DNA from: Octopus sinensis
Taxonomy: Eukaryota
Direction: 5' to 3'
Length of the DNA stretch: 39,118 nt
Assembly (NCBI RefSeq): GCF_006345805.1
Contig: NW_021835783.1
Coordinates: forward strand, 1-39,118
Each line of letters begins with the position of its first letter. The first letter of the stretch is position 1. Shown here in pieces: positions 1 to 10,914 of the stretch. Made by a program: the position numbers and the translations under genes. The notes under the pieces are model-generated. The model was not told where the DNA came from, did not search any database, and worked only from the letters and a program-made list of their open reading frames with translations.

Positions 1-27
1 ATATATATATTATATAATATTATATAT

Positions 28-210
28 GGTCCCCCACCATCGCTTGACAACCAATGCTGGTGTGTTTACGCCCCCCGTCACTTAGCGTTCGGCAAAAGTG
101 ACCGATAGAATAAGTACTAGGCTTGCAAAGAATAAGTTCTGGGGTCGATTTGTTCGACTAAAGGCGGTGCTATAGCATGACCGCAATCAAATTACTAAAA
201 CGAATAGAAG
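28..210 (+). mobile_element. SINE family A, 3' half
   Basis: Matches the 3' half of full copies at 16802-17250 and 25044-25430 (atcgcttgacaacc...gaccgatagaataagtact...ggggtcgatttgttcgactaaaggcggtgc...gcatgaccgc). Confidence 0.85.
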
Positions 211-361
211 TATATATATATATATATTATATATATATATATATATATACAAAGATAGGTCGGAAAAGTCCCAAAATACGACCACGCACTCAAAAGTCAA
301 TCAAGGAATCTCACAGGTTACGAATTGGCATTCACAAGAGTGATTTACTGAGGCAACGATA

Positions 362-475
362 GGGGTGGTGGTGGTGGTGTTAGTAGTAGCTGTGATGATT
401 GTGGTGGTAGTAGTAGTAGTGGTGGTTATGGTAGTAATAGTGGTGGTAGTTGTAGTAGTAGTGGTAGTAGTAGTA
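362..475. repeat. (GGT/AGT)n trinucleotide microsatellite
   Basis: Direct reading. Confidence 0.9.
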
Positions 476-912
476 CCTTGTGTCCTTGTTTTGTCCTCTT
501 TGTGTTTAGCCCCTTGTGGGCAGTAAAGAAATAGGTATTTCGTCTGCTGCTACGTTCTGAGTTCAAATTCTGCCAAGGTCGACTTTGCCTTTCATCCTTT
601 CGGGGTCGATAAACTAAGTACCAGTTACGCACTGGGGTCGATGTAATCGACTTAATCCGTTTGTCTGTCCTTGTTTGTCCCCTCTGTGTTTAGCCCCTTG
701 TGGGCAGTAAAGAAATACGTATTTCGTCTGCCACTACGTTCTGATTTCAAATTGATTTCAAATTCCGCCGAGGTCGACTTTGCCTTTCATCCTTTTGAAG
801 TCGAATAAATAAGTACCAGTTACGCACTGGAGCCGATGTAATCGACTTAATCCGTTTGTCTGTCCTTGTTTGTCCCCTCTGTGTTTAGCCCCTTGTGTGT
901 AGCAAAGAAATA
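476..912 (+). mobile_element. SINE family B, headless tandem array (partial body + 2 bodies of ~180-195 bp)
   Basis: Unit gtatttcgtctg...gttcaaattccgccgaggtcgactttgcctttcatcctttcggggtcgat...ccccttgtgggcagtaaagaaata repeated head-to-tail; same unit in full copies at 6833 and 21791. Confidence 0.9.
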
Positions 913-1200
913 GGTAAACAATAACTACATACAGAATTGGTTTGTCAGATAATTTCGTTCGTCTTTTCTTTAGCAGGATGATTGATTGTATAAAAGGTAT
1001 CCTAGAGTCTGATGCAATCGACTGCACCAGTTTGACTAGAAACAAAAACAAAATTTGTTAAATCAATCATTTCTGTATAGCTATTTTATGTGTAGTTTCA
1101 CTGACCTGTTCCGAATATACATACGCTATTTATCGATTGCTACAAGTACGAACGTTTATGAATATGTGTAGCGAGATCACGTGCGTTTGTATGTGTGATA

Positions 1201-1829
1201 TATTTCTTTACTACCCACAAGGGGCTAAACACAGAGAAGACAAACAAGGACAGACAAACGGATTAAGTCGATTATATCGACCCCAGTACGTAACTGGTAC
1301 TTAATTTATCGACCCCGAAAGGATGAAAGACAAAGTCGACCTCGGCGAAATTTGAACTCAGAACGTAACGGCAGACGAAATACCTATTTCTTTACTACCC
1401 ACAAGGGGCTAAACATAGAGGGGACAAACAAGGACAGACGGACGGATTAAGTCGATTATACCGACCCAGTGCGAAACTGTCAATGACATCGACCCCAGTG
1501 CGTAACTGGTACTTATTTAATCGACCCCGAGAGGCTGAAAGGCAAAGTCGACCTCGGCGGAATTTGAACTCAGAACGTAACGGCAACGAAATACCTATTT
1601 CTTTACTACCTACAAGGGGCTAAACACAGACATGACAAAACAAGGACAGACAAACGGATTAAGTCGATTACATCGACCCCAGTGTGTAACTGGTACTTAT
1701 TTAATCGACCCCGAAAGGATGAAAGGCTTAGTCGACCTCGGCGGAATTTGAACTCAGAACGTAACGACAGACGAAATATGGCTACGCATTTCGCCCGGCG
1801 TGCTAACGGTTCTGCCAGCTGGCCGCCTT
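1201..1829 (-). mobile_element. SINE family B, tRNA-like head + 3 tandem bodies
   Basis: Reverse complement gives head aaggcggccagctggcagaaccgttagca (A-box-like) and gttcaaattcc (B-box-like), then three bodies joined at aaagaaata|ggtatttcg. Confidence 0.9.
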
Positions 1830-2489
1830 ATTCTGTATGTAGTTATTGTTTACCACCCTTATCTTGTAAAGATTTATGAATAAAAACATTCGGAATTCGA
1901 CCATCACAACTAATTTTCTTCTTCAGGCAATGTGTAAATTATAAAACAGATCCTTTGATTTAGATTGAGAATATGATCCTTTGGGTGTAAATTGAGAAAG
2001 ATTTGGCTGTCGTTTCTAACAGGTCAAGTAATAATGCAATGGCTGTCATGCCATTTTGAGAAAGACGCATCGTTTCTACTTAAATGACCTTTCTTACGTG
2101 TGAACATAATTGTTCAGTTAATAACACCGTATCTATACAACGTTGATGCGTTCGTGTTTGCGTTTCTGTCTGCGCGCTTATCAGTCAAAATGTATATATA
2201 CGCGAATATGTATACGTATACGGGTTACACTTATTCTCAATTTAACTCCAATTCCTGAATAACATATTTCACTAAATGACCACCTTCATTCATTCCCTTA
2301 TTCAATGGTTTCCTTCAATTATCTTTTCCTTTCTTTTTTTTTTTTGTTTTTTGTAGTATTTAAATAACCAATTAGTTAATTACACAGTTTTCCAGTTATT
2401 TCCGCTCAAAATACTAAGCAAACTGTTAACCCTTCATTTTCATATATCATTGGTTTCTGGCTGTGTTTCGTGAAAATTTGCAGTAATTT

Positions 2490-2862
2490 TTAGTTAGTTA
2501 GTTAGTTAATTTGGCTCAAAAGCAAATAGCAAGGCCATGTAGGGGGACATGGAGTTAAGTACAGGGTGGTGTCATGTAAAGAGTTCAGGCCTTGAGGTCA
2601 AGGGAGACTTTGAACAAGCGGTCGTCGGCATCTTCACCATCTCGTCTGGCAGCTTGTTCCACGGATCCGCAACCCGGACGGAGAAAGCTCCTCTCCTTCG
2701 ATTGAGATGAAATCGTCGCAGGTAGAGCTTTTCGGAATGACCCCGCAGCCGACGCTCTGGAGCAGGAGTGAAGAACAGCTCTTTCGAGAGGTTACACTTC
2801 CCGCTTATGATGTTGTGGGCGAGAATGAGATCACCACGGCGGCGGCGTTTTTCTAGAGAAAA
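2490..2862 (-). mobile_element. CR1-group LINE, 5'-truncated 3' fragment with (TAAC)n tail
   Basis: Minus-strand translation SLEKRRRRGDLILAHNIISGKCNL...RGHSEKLYLRRFHLNRRRGAFSVRVADPWNKLP, the typical CR1 RT C-terminus (RRxRGDL, RGH, WNxLP); simple-repeat tail at 2490-2509. Confidence 0.85.
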
Positions 2863-3513
2863 ATGAGGTGACGAGGTTTCACGAAAACCAAGTCAAATCA
2901 AAGAATTTTGCGTGATGACCATTTAAGTGATCCTGCATAACAAGAGCGGAGAAATAGAGAGGTTTAGTGGCACACTGAGGGTCAGCTACTCTGATGATGA
3001 GAATCAATGATGAAGTCTGTATGTGGACACCTGACCTGCTAAAAATAATAGCAGTTTCAAACTTCTCCGTCAAATAACACTATCGTCGGAAAAATATAAA
3101 ATAAAATAAAATAAAATAAAAACAAAAACGAACACGTTAGGAAAATATACCTCGGCATGTCATGTCTTTAGAGGGATGGCCATGGATGGATCAACAACCA
3201 CAATCATTTGCATTGCGGGTTCAGTTCCACTGGGCGGCACCTTGTTTTCCACATGCACCCATTAATTTGAATCTCAGAAAAACCATTTTGGTCTTTTTGG
3301 CTACACAAACCAAAACACCCTGTGTCTCAAAATGGTTAAACATCGAATGGGCCTGGGGGTTCGACCAAAATGAAACTAATTAAAGGGGCTCCATAGGTAA
3401 AAAAGAAAAAGGGGTGTAGAGTCTTACTGGTTATATGTGGAGTAACTTTGGAAGTATACTTTAGCCATGACGGGTAATATCGGAAAATATGGCAAGCATG
3501 CTATTGTTATTAT

Positions 3514-3678
3514 CTCTTTTACGTGTTTCAGTCATTTGACTGCGGCCTTGCTGGAGCACCGCCTTTAGTCGAGCAAATCGACCCCAGGACTCTTTCGCCG
3601 AACCGCCACATTACGGAGACGTAAACACACCAGCATCGGTTGTCAAGCGATGTTGGGGGGACAAACACAGACACACAA

Positions 3679-3721
<43 letters not shown>

Positions 3722-3950
3722 ATTCAACGGCGGTGCATTAGCATGGCCGCAGCTCTGAGCTGAAACTAGAAAAAATATATATATATACATACGACGGGCT
3801 TCTTTCAGTTTCCGTCTACCAAATCCACTCATAAAGCTTTGGTCGGCCCAAGGCTGTAGTAGAAGACACTTGCCCAAGGTGCTTCGCACGAGGGGGACTG
3901 AACCTGGAACCATGTGGTTGGTAAGCAAGCTACTTACCACACATTCACTA
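3514..3950 (-). mobile_element. SINE family A, near full length, with nested insert in its central microsatellite
   Basis: Reverse complement of family A; tRNA-like head at ~3880-3950, tail gtttcagtcatttgactgcggcc at ~3526. Confidence 0.9.
3722..3775 (+). mobile_element. Very short 3'-end fragment of the LINE family seen at 33764-34295
   Basis: ggcggtgcattagcatggccgcagctctgagctgaaactagaaaaaa matches the LINE 3' UTR at 34246-34295. Confidence 0.75.
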
Positions 3951-3964
3951 CCGCGGAAAGTGTT

Positions 3965-4095
3965 AATGATAACGATCACGATGATACAATAGCGACGAAG
4001 ACGACAATGAGGACGATAACGATGACGATGATGATGATGATGATGACAACGATGATGACGATGACAGTGATGATGATGACAGCGATGACGTCTAT
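3965..4095. repeat. (GAT/GAC)n microsatellite
   Basis: Direct reading. Confidence 0.9.
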
Positions 4096-4439
4096 CACAA
4101 AAGTAACATGTAAATAATCCTAAGCCAACTACCACCCACATAGACACATATATTGTGTATTGACATAACGTAGTCAACAAGCAGCTGTTACAATATATCT
4201 ATTGAATACCATAGACTGTGTAGGCGATGGTGGTGGTGGTTGCGGATGATCGTGGTGGAGGGGAGAGGGTTGTTAATTAAATGGGAGAGTTCACATGGGA
4301 AGAGTCCAAGTGTGTATTAAGCCACGCTCTCTCTCTCTCTCTTTCCCTGGAGGTATCCAGCTGATTGTGTATTGGCTTTGTCATCAATCATTCAAAGAAT
4401 TCGAACATTTCACCACCTTGTTCCACATATCTGTCTCCA

Positions 4440-4485
4440 CTCACACACACGCACACACACGTGCGCACACACACACACACACACG

Positions 4486-4558
<73 letters not shown>
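4440..4558. repeat. (CA)n microsatellite with CG interruptions
   Basis: Direct reading. Confidence 0.95.
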
Positions 4559-4560
<2 letters not shown>

Positions 4561-4632
4561 TAACTTGCTCAATGCCTGCCATTCTTTCGTCTTCCATTCT
4601 TCAGTAAATCTGTGTGTGTGTGTGTATGTGGA

Positions 4633-5003
4633 GGCGCAATGGCCCAGTGGTTAGGGCAGCAGACTCGTGGTCGTAGGATCGCGGTTTCGATTGCCAAACC
4701 GGGCGTTGTGAGTGTTTACTGAGCGAAAACACCTAAAGCTTCACAAGGCTCCAGCAGAGGGGGCGCGGATGGAGAACTCCGCTGTATTCTTTCACCACAA
4801 CTTTCTCTCACTCTTTCTTCCTGTTTCTGTTGTACCTGCATTTCAAAAGGGCCAGCCTTGTCGCACCGTGTATCACGCTGAATCTCCCCGAAAACTACAT
4901 TGAGGGTACACATGTCTGTGGAGTGCTCAGCCACTTGCACGTTAATTTCACGAGCAGGCTGTTCCGTTGATCGGATCAACCGGAACCCTCGTCGTCGTAA
5001 CCG
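4633..5003 (+). mobile_element. SINE family C, full length, tRNA-derived head
   Basis: Head ggcgcaatggcccagtggttagggcagcagactcgtggtcgtaggatcgcggtttcgattgcc has A-box and B-box motifs; body recurs at 5105, 6584, 9296 and 39015. Confidence 0.9.
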
Positions 5004-5031
5004 TATATGTAAATAAAAAATATCTATATAT

Positions 5032-5076
<45 letters not shown>

Positions 5077-5104
5077 ATATGTGGTGTGTGTGTGTGTGTG
5101 TGTT

Positions 5105-5330
5105 GGTGGCACTCGATCAACGGAACAGCCAGCTCGTGAAATTAACGCGCATGTGGCTGAGATCCCCACAGACAGGTGTACCCTTAATGTAGATTCTGAG
5201 GGAGATTCAGCGTGACATTGAGTGGGACAAGGCTGGCCCTTTGAAATGCAGGTACAACAGGAACAGGAAGGAAAAGTGAGAGATAGTTGTGGTGAAAGAG
5301 TACAGCAGGGTTCGCCGTCACCACCTGCCT
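5105..5330 (-). mobile_element. SINE family C, 3' two-thirds
   Basis: Reverse complement of ~4770-5000. Confidence 0.9.
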
Positions 5331-5332
5331 GA

Positions 5333-5387
<55 letters not shown>

Positions 5388-5404
5388 CAATTGATCTTTG
5401 TTTA

Positions 5405-5670
5405 TTTCCGTCCGTGTAATCTAGTGGTTTGACAAAAGCAGACCGATAGAATAAGTTCCGGACTTAAAGGAGTAGGGGAGGGGAAAACAAGTAACGGGGT
5501 CGATTGTTCGACTAAACTCTTTACGTTCCGAGTGCAAATTTCACCAAGGTCGACTTTATCTTTTATCCCTTTCGAGGTCGATGAAATAACTAGCAGTTGA
5601 GCCTCGGGGGTCTATGCAATCGACTTAATCCTGCAGGGTCGCACTCCAATGACTGAAACAAGTGAAAGGT
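5405..5670 (+). mobile_element. Degenerate chimera: A 3' part / B body / A tail
   Basis: gaccgatagaataag...ggggtcgattgttcgactaa (A), then ttacgttccgagtgcaaatttcaccaaggtcgact...atcgacttaatcc (B), then aatgactgaaacaagtgaaag (A tail). Confidence 0.65.
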
Positions 5671-5990
5671 ATAAAATACACACACACACACACCCATATA
5701 CACTCATACATACACATACGCGTATAGGGTAAAATGTAGAAGAAACTGCAATTTTCATTGCAAAATAAAAGCAAACAAGCGGATGATTAGAGAGTTATAA
5801 TTATTATGATAACTTAATTAACTCACACTACAAACCATATATTCATAACAAAATACATACAAGTGTTTCAGCTCTCAAATTGTAATTAAGAATATCCTCT
5901 TAATTACTCTAATTACAAGTCATCAGTGCGTACACATTCCTTACGTATAGTATCTCAAGCACATTTTGGGACGAATTCCTCTTTTGATAG

Positions 5991-6076
5991 CAATTTTTTG
6001 GTGAGATTCTTTTATCAATGGAACCATCAACAGTGCATGGATTTCTCGAAGATATATTATTTTTGAAAGCAAAGCA
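5991..6076 (+). other. Weak candidate exon (QFFGEILLSMEPSTVHGFLEDILFLKAK)
   Basis: Unique sequence; ttcctcttttgatag acceptor and gca|gtgagt donor; one open frame; no recognised homology. Confidence 0.22.
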
Positions 6077-6230
6077 GTGAGTTTGTAGAACCGTTACCAC
6101 ACCGGATAAAATGCTTAGCAGTATTTCGTCCTCAGCTTAAATTTCATCCTGCCTCCGGGTCGATAAAATGACTGCCCGTTGAGCACTGGTGTCGATTAAG
6201 AGTTGCTAGCCCTGTACCAAAATTAAGAAG

Positions 6231-6570
6231 AATATTGTTTCCAAATTTTGGCACATGGCCAGCAATTTCAGAGGTGGGGAGAAATCGATTACAACGACCC
6301 TAGAGGTCAACTTGTACGTTTTTTTATTGGCCCCCGAAAGGATGAAAGCCAAAGTCGACCTCGGCGGAATTTGAACTCAGAGCATAAAGACGGACGAAAT
6401 ACCTATTTCTTTACTACCCACAAGGATCTAAACACAGAGAGGACAGACAAGGACAGACAAAATGGATTAAGTCGATTATATCGACCCCAGTATGTAACTG
6501 GTACTTATTTAATCGACCCCGAAAGGATGAAAGGCAAAGTCGACCTCGGCGGAATTTGAACTCAGAACGT
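6231..6570 (-). mobile_element. SINE B body joined to an older B-related element with a different tail (B')
   Basis: Junction aaagaaata|ggtatttcgtcc at ~6395-6410; distal part ends ...aaattgctggccatgtgccaaaatttggaaacaatatt, like the copy at 25938-26128. Confidence 0.8.
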
Positions 6571-6583
6571 TGTATTTGTACTT

Positions 6584-6735
6584 AAAAGGGCCAGCCTTGT
6601 TACATTGTGTCACGCTAAGTCTCCCTAAGAGTATGCATGTTTGCAGTGCTCAGAAAATGCACGTTAATCCCGTGAGCAGGCTGTCCGTTGATCGGATTAG
6701 TTGGAATTCTCATCGTTGTAACTGATGTAGTGGAG
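6584..6735 (+). mobile_element. SINE family C, 3' half, diverged
   Basis: aaaagggccagccttgt...gagcaggctgtccgttgatcggat matches 4845-5000. Confidence 0.8.
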
Positions 6736-6832
6736 AGAGAGAGAAAGAGAGAGAGTTAAATAGCTATATATACACATTCTGAGGAACAAGAAAACACACA
6801 CACACACACACACACTTATATAGGCCAATACA

Positions 6833-7244
6833 AGGCGGCGAGCTGGCAGAAACGTTGGCGCGTCGGGCGAAATGCTTAGCGGTATTTCGTCTGTCGTTAC
6901 GTTCTGAGTTCAAACTCCGCCGAGGTCGACTTTGTCTTTCATCCTTTCGCGGTCGATAAATAAAGTACCAGTTTCGCACTGGGATCGATGTAATCGACGT
7001 AATCCCTTTGTATGTCCTTGTTTGTCCCCTCCATGTTTAGCCCTTTGTGGGTAGTAAAGAAATAGGTATTTCTTCTGTCGTTACGTTCTGAGTTCTAATT
7101 CCGCTGAGGTCGACTTTGTCTTTCATCCTTTCGGGGTCGATAAATAAAGTACCAGTTACTCAAATGGGGTCGATGTAATCGACTTAATCCGTTTGTCTGT
7201 CCTTGTTTGTCCCCTCTATGTTTAGCCCCTTGTGGGTAATAAAG

Positions 7245-7250
<6 letters not shown>
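6833..7250 (+). mobile_element. SINE family B, head + 2 bodies, flanked by a 16-bp direct repeat
   Basis: tatataggccaataca at 6817-6832 and 7272-7287; internal junction aaagaaata|ggtatttc at ~7060. Confidence 0.92.
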
Positions 7251-7279
<29 letters not shown>

Positions 7280-7543
7280 CCAATACATGGCGCATACAGA
7301 AATACATACAGACATCCAGCTATTACGAACACACAACGCACACACACACATGAATAAACGAACGCATACACAGGTAAATACAGGTGCACAAATAAAACAA
7401 ACACACAGATGCAGAGATACGAATATGTATAGTGACCTCGAAACTATTACAGCACACACCACTTTAGAAGACATCCACGCAAACACATAAATGTTTCCCC
7501 CTATCTCTAGCTTATTCGGTTTGAAGCAATCTGTCATCCTCAC

Positions 7544-7619
7544 CTGCTACTCGACAACACTCCCCACACCTCTGCACTAGTAACCTCCGCCCCCCAACGA
7601 ATCCCTCGCCGCTATCTCT
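7544..7619 (-). other. Candidate exon (76 nt; RDSGEGFVGGRRLLVQRCGECCRVA in the only open frame)
   Basis: Unique GC-richer island; acceptor ttttatttactgccttttcag and donor cag|gtgagg on the minus strand; no recognised homology. Confidence 0.3.
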
Positions 7620-7794
7620 CTGAAAAGGCAGTAAATAAAACCCCCTAAAGGGATCTGCTCTATTTACAAAGCCGCAGAACCATACGCACGGACGCCACAG
7701 ACAAAACTTGACATGAGTATTAGATAAGCAACAGTTCACACACAGAGACATACACAGCGTTATACAGATAAGAGCACATAAGGATTTACACTTC

Positions 7795-7806
7795 GAAAAC
7801 ACACAC

Positions 7807-7863
<57 letters not shown>

Positions 7864-7907
7864 GATATAGATAGATAGATAGATAGATAGATAGTTAGAT
7901 AGATAGT

Positions 7908-7939
<32 letters not shown>

Positions 7940-8034
7940 CATACATACATACAGACAGACAGATAGACAGATATACAGACAGATAGATAGATAGACAGAT
8001 AGACAGATATACAGACAGACAGATAGACAGATAT

Positions 8035-8067
<33 letters not shown>

Positions 8068-8250
8068 TAGACAGATAGATAGATAGACAGATAGATAGAT
8101 AGATGGATAGATAGATGGATGGATGGATGGATGGATGGACGGATGGATAGACATACATACATACATACAGACAGACAGACAGACAGACAGATAGATAGAT
8201 AGATAGATACAAACATAGAGAGATAGATACATACATAGATAGATAGATGG
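7795..8250. repeat. Compound (TA)(TG)(GATA)(GACA)(GGAT) microsatellite
   Basis: Direct reading. Confidence 0.95.
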
Positions 8251-8671
8251 ATAGAGGGGGCACTATATAGATTAAAGGGGATTAAGGAAACACTGTTAAA
8301 TGCGTAACAGCAGCATATAAAGGGAGTAGTGGGTAGAGGGACAGAGGAAATCCCTGATAAGTATATAACAATAATATGAAAGTACGTGGTGGAAAGGTTG
8401 CTTTTCATACACATACACACGAGTTAAGGAATGGAGTAGATAAGATCCGGGCTACAAATGTTTCATAGCGAGCGGTACTCGGAAGTGGTAAATATCCAAG
8501 CGAGGTGTAAACCGCAGGCCACTCTTCAGGTCAAGCAAGGATATATAGATGAAGTGAAAGTTTATACTGTCGCAAGGTGGTACATGTTAACGCAAGGAAG
8601 ATTCGATCAGAATGTCCCTGAAAGTTGAATGTCCCCCTTGAAATTTGTTTTTATATATTTACTACGGACTG

Positions 8672-9222
8672 GGATCTTTTCCTTATGAACGGCACTTTGT
8701 AACATAATTTCTAGGTAACTAAAAAGTTTTAAACTTCGTATACTGGTAGAATGTGTTTATAAAACATCATTTTTTCTTGGGTTAAGGTTAGGGGTTGGGA
8801 AAGGGTATCTTTTTTTCTTCACAAATGTAAATAAACCCAATCTGTTTCTTAAAGGAGGGACATATTCATTATGCACAGAATGATATTTACCTAAATGGGC
8901 TCCAGTGATTGGTTAAAATTGCCGAAATGCTAGAAATTTTAAACGAAATATCTTACAAACTATAGAATTTTCTCAATAAAGCCAAGAGAAAGAGATGTTT
9001 TATAAACACATTCTACCAGTATACGAAGTTTAAAAGTGTTTAGTTAACTTGGTTAAAATTGCCGAAATGCTCGGATTTTCAGACGAAATATCTTACAAAC
9101 TATAGAATTTTCTCAATAAAGCCAAGAGACTTTATAAACACATTCTACCAGTATACGAAGTTTAAAACTTTTTAGTTACCTAGAAATTATGCTACAAAGT
9201 GCCGTTCAAAAGGAAAAGATCC
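8672..9222. mobile_element. Non-autonomous long-TIR DNA transposon (foldback family D), deleted copy with 8-bp TSD
   Basis: Ends ggatcttttcct...aggaaaagatcc; TSD acggactg at 8664-8671 and 9223-9230; ~100 bp of left arm retained; internal duplication of ~140 bp of the right arm. Confidence 0.92.
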
Positions 9223-9295
9223 ACGGACTGCCTTAAGATAACTTTCTTCCTACACCTCGATCCTTGCATCTCTCTCTCTCTTTTATATATATATA

Positions 9296-9608
9296 GGGGC
9301 AATGGCCCAGTGGTTAGGGCAGCGGACTCGTGGTCGTAGGATCGAGGTTTTGTAAGTGTTTATTGAGCGAAAACACCTAAAGCTCCACGTGGATCCGGCA
9401 AGGGGTGGCGGCGAACTCTGCTGTATTATTTCACCACAACTATCTCTCACCCTTTCTTCCTGTTTGTTATACCTGCATTCCAAAGGGCCAGCCTTGTCAC
9501 GCTGAATCTCCCTCAGAATCTACATTAAGGGTTCACCTGTCTGTCGGGAGCTCAGCCACTTGCGCGTTAATTTCACGAGCTGGCTGTTCCGTTGATCGGA
9601 GTGCCACC
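9296..9608 (+). mobile_element. SINE family C with small internal deletions
   Basis: Head ggggcaatggcccagtggttagggcagcggactcg; tail gttgatcggagtgcca. Confidence 0.88.
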
Positions 9609-9611
9609 AAT

Positions 9612-10005
9612 ATACTCTTTACTCTTTTGCTTGCTTCAGTCATTTGGCTGCGGCCATGCTGGAGCACCGCATTTTATTCGAGCAAATCGACCCCGGGACT
9701 TATTCTTTGTAAGCCCAGTACTTATTCTATCGGTCTTTTTTGCCAAACCGCTAAGTGACGGGGACGTAAACACACCAGTATCGGTTTTCAAGCAATGCTA
9801 GGGGAACAAACACAGACACACACATATATATATACATATATACAACAGGCTTCTTTCAGTTTCCGTCTACCAAATCCACTCACAAGGCATTGGTCGGCCC
9901 GGGGCTATAGCAGAAGACACTTGCCCAAGATGCCACGCAGTGGGACTGAACTCGGAACCATGTGGTTGGTTAGCAAGCTACTTACCACACAGCCACTCCT
10001 GCGCC
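9612..10005 (-). mobile_element. SINE family A, full length
   Basis: Reverse complement of the family A consensus including the central microsatellite. Confidence 0.92.
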
Positions 10006-10047
10006 TATATATATATATATTGGAAAACGACTAACATTATCATAATA

Positions 10048-10253
10048 CAGTCCTATGTTTAAGAGATGAGGAATTATGTACATTATTTACTTTTAACGGA
10101 TATTTCTCCTCATCTTGTTTGTTGTTAACGCAACGTTTCGGCTGATATGCCCTCCCAGTCTTTATCGGGTGTCTTGGGGAAATTTCGAGACCTGGGCTCT
10201 CATACTTAAGGTAGCTTTCGATGTTGCTATTATTATCATTATTCAGGTCACTG

Positions 10254-10260
<7 letters not shown>
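10048..10260 (-). mobile_element. Repeat family E, minus copy, with degenerate hammerhead motif (10127-10173)
   Basis: Inverted match to 10915-11016; reverse complement contains gacac-ccgataa-a-gactg...cagcc-gaaac-gtt-gcgtt. Confidence 0.75.
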
Positions 10261-10300
<40 letters not shown>

Positions 10301-10314
10301 TTAATAATAATAAT

Positions 10315-10860
10315 TGCCCTGATGCAGTACCAGGCAGTGGCTGTCATGGCTTCTGATCTTAACTGATTGGAAGCGTTATCATGTACATTGTTTTGTCTTG
10401 GTATAAAAGATGGGCTACAGCAAATATTCTGCTCAATACCACAGATTTGCTTCTCAGTTGTGTGACCTTAACCAGTTGAGCATGTCCTTTAGTGGCTGAC
10501 GATATGTGCATCTCTGATCACGAGCAGAAGTAGTGGGGGAGCATCATGTTGAGAGGGATTCCTTTGGGGTTTGAATAATTCACCTCTGGAGACATGGGTG
10601 GTTTTTTCAACATCCTTAAACAACCCTTATTCAGGGACCGTTTGAGCGGGATGGGCTACTCAACCTGAAGAAAATTCTAACTGGGCCCCACCTGCAAGGT
10701 CATGTGCTGTTTATCTTGATATGAGATCACCATGTCGCGCACATATGGTTGTGATGCATGTGCCTGGTATGCCCTTATCAGAAGGGTAGTCATGATGGGT
10801 ATATTGGGCTTCGTATATTTTACCCCAGTGTCACTTTGATGGCATGCACTTCTCTCTCAC
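10315..10860. other. Unclassified ~550-bp segment bracketed by (AAT)n, probably an inserted repeat
   Basis: Lies between two (AAT)n tracts inside the family-E inverted composite; single copy in this window, so repeat status is inferred. Confidence 0.4.
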
Positions 10861-10862
10861 TA

Positions 10863-10913
<51 letters not shown>

Positions 10914-10914
10914 C

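Noticed and set aside
4633-4705. tRNA gene (also the heads at 6833, 16490-16548, 16802, 25044)
   Set aside because: These are A/B-box heads fused to repeated SINE bodies, without a complete cloverleaf acceptor stem.
7512-8420. 302-aa ORF
   Set aside because: Mostly (GATA/GACA)n translation; only the 76-nt candidate exon was retained.
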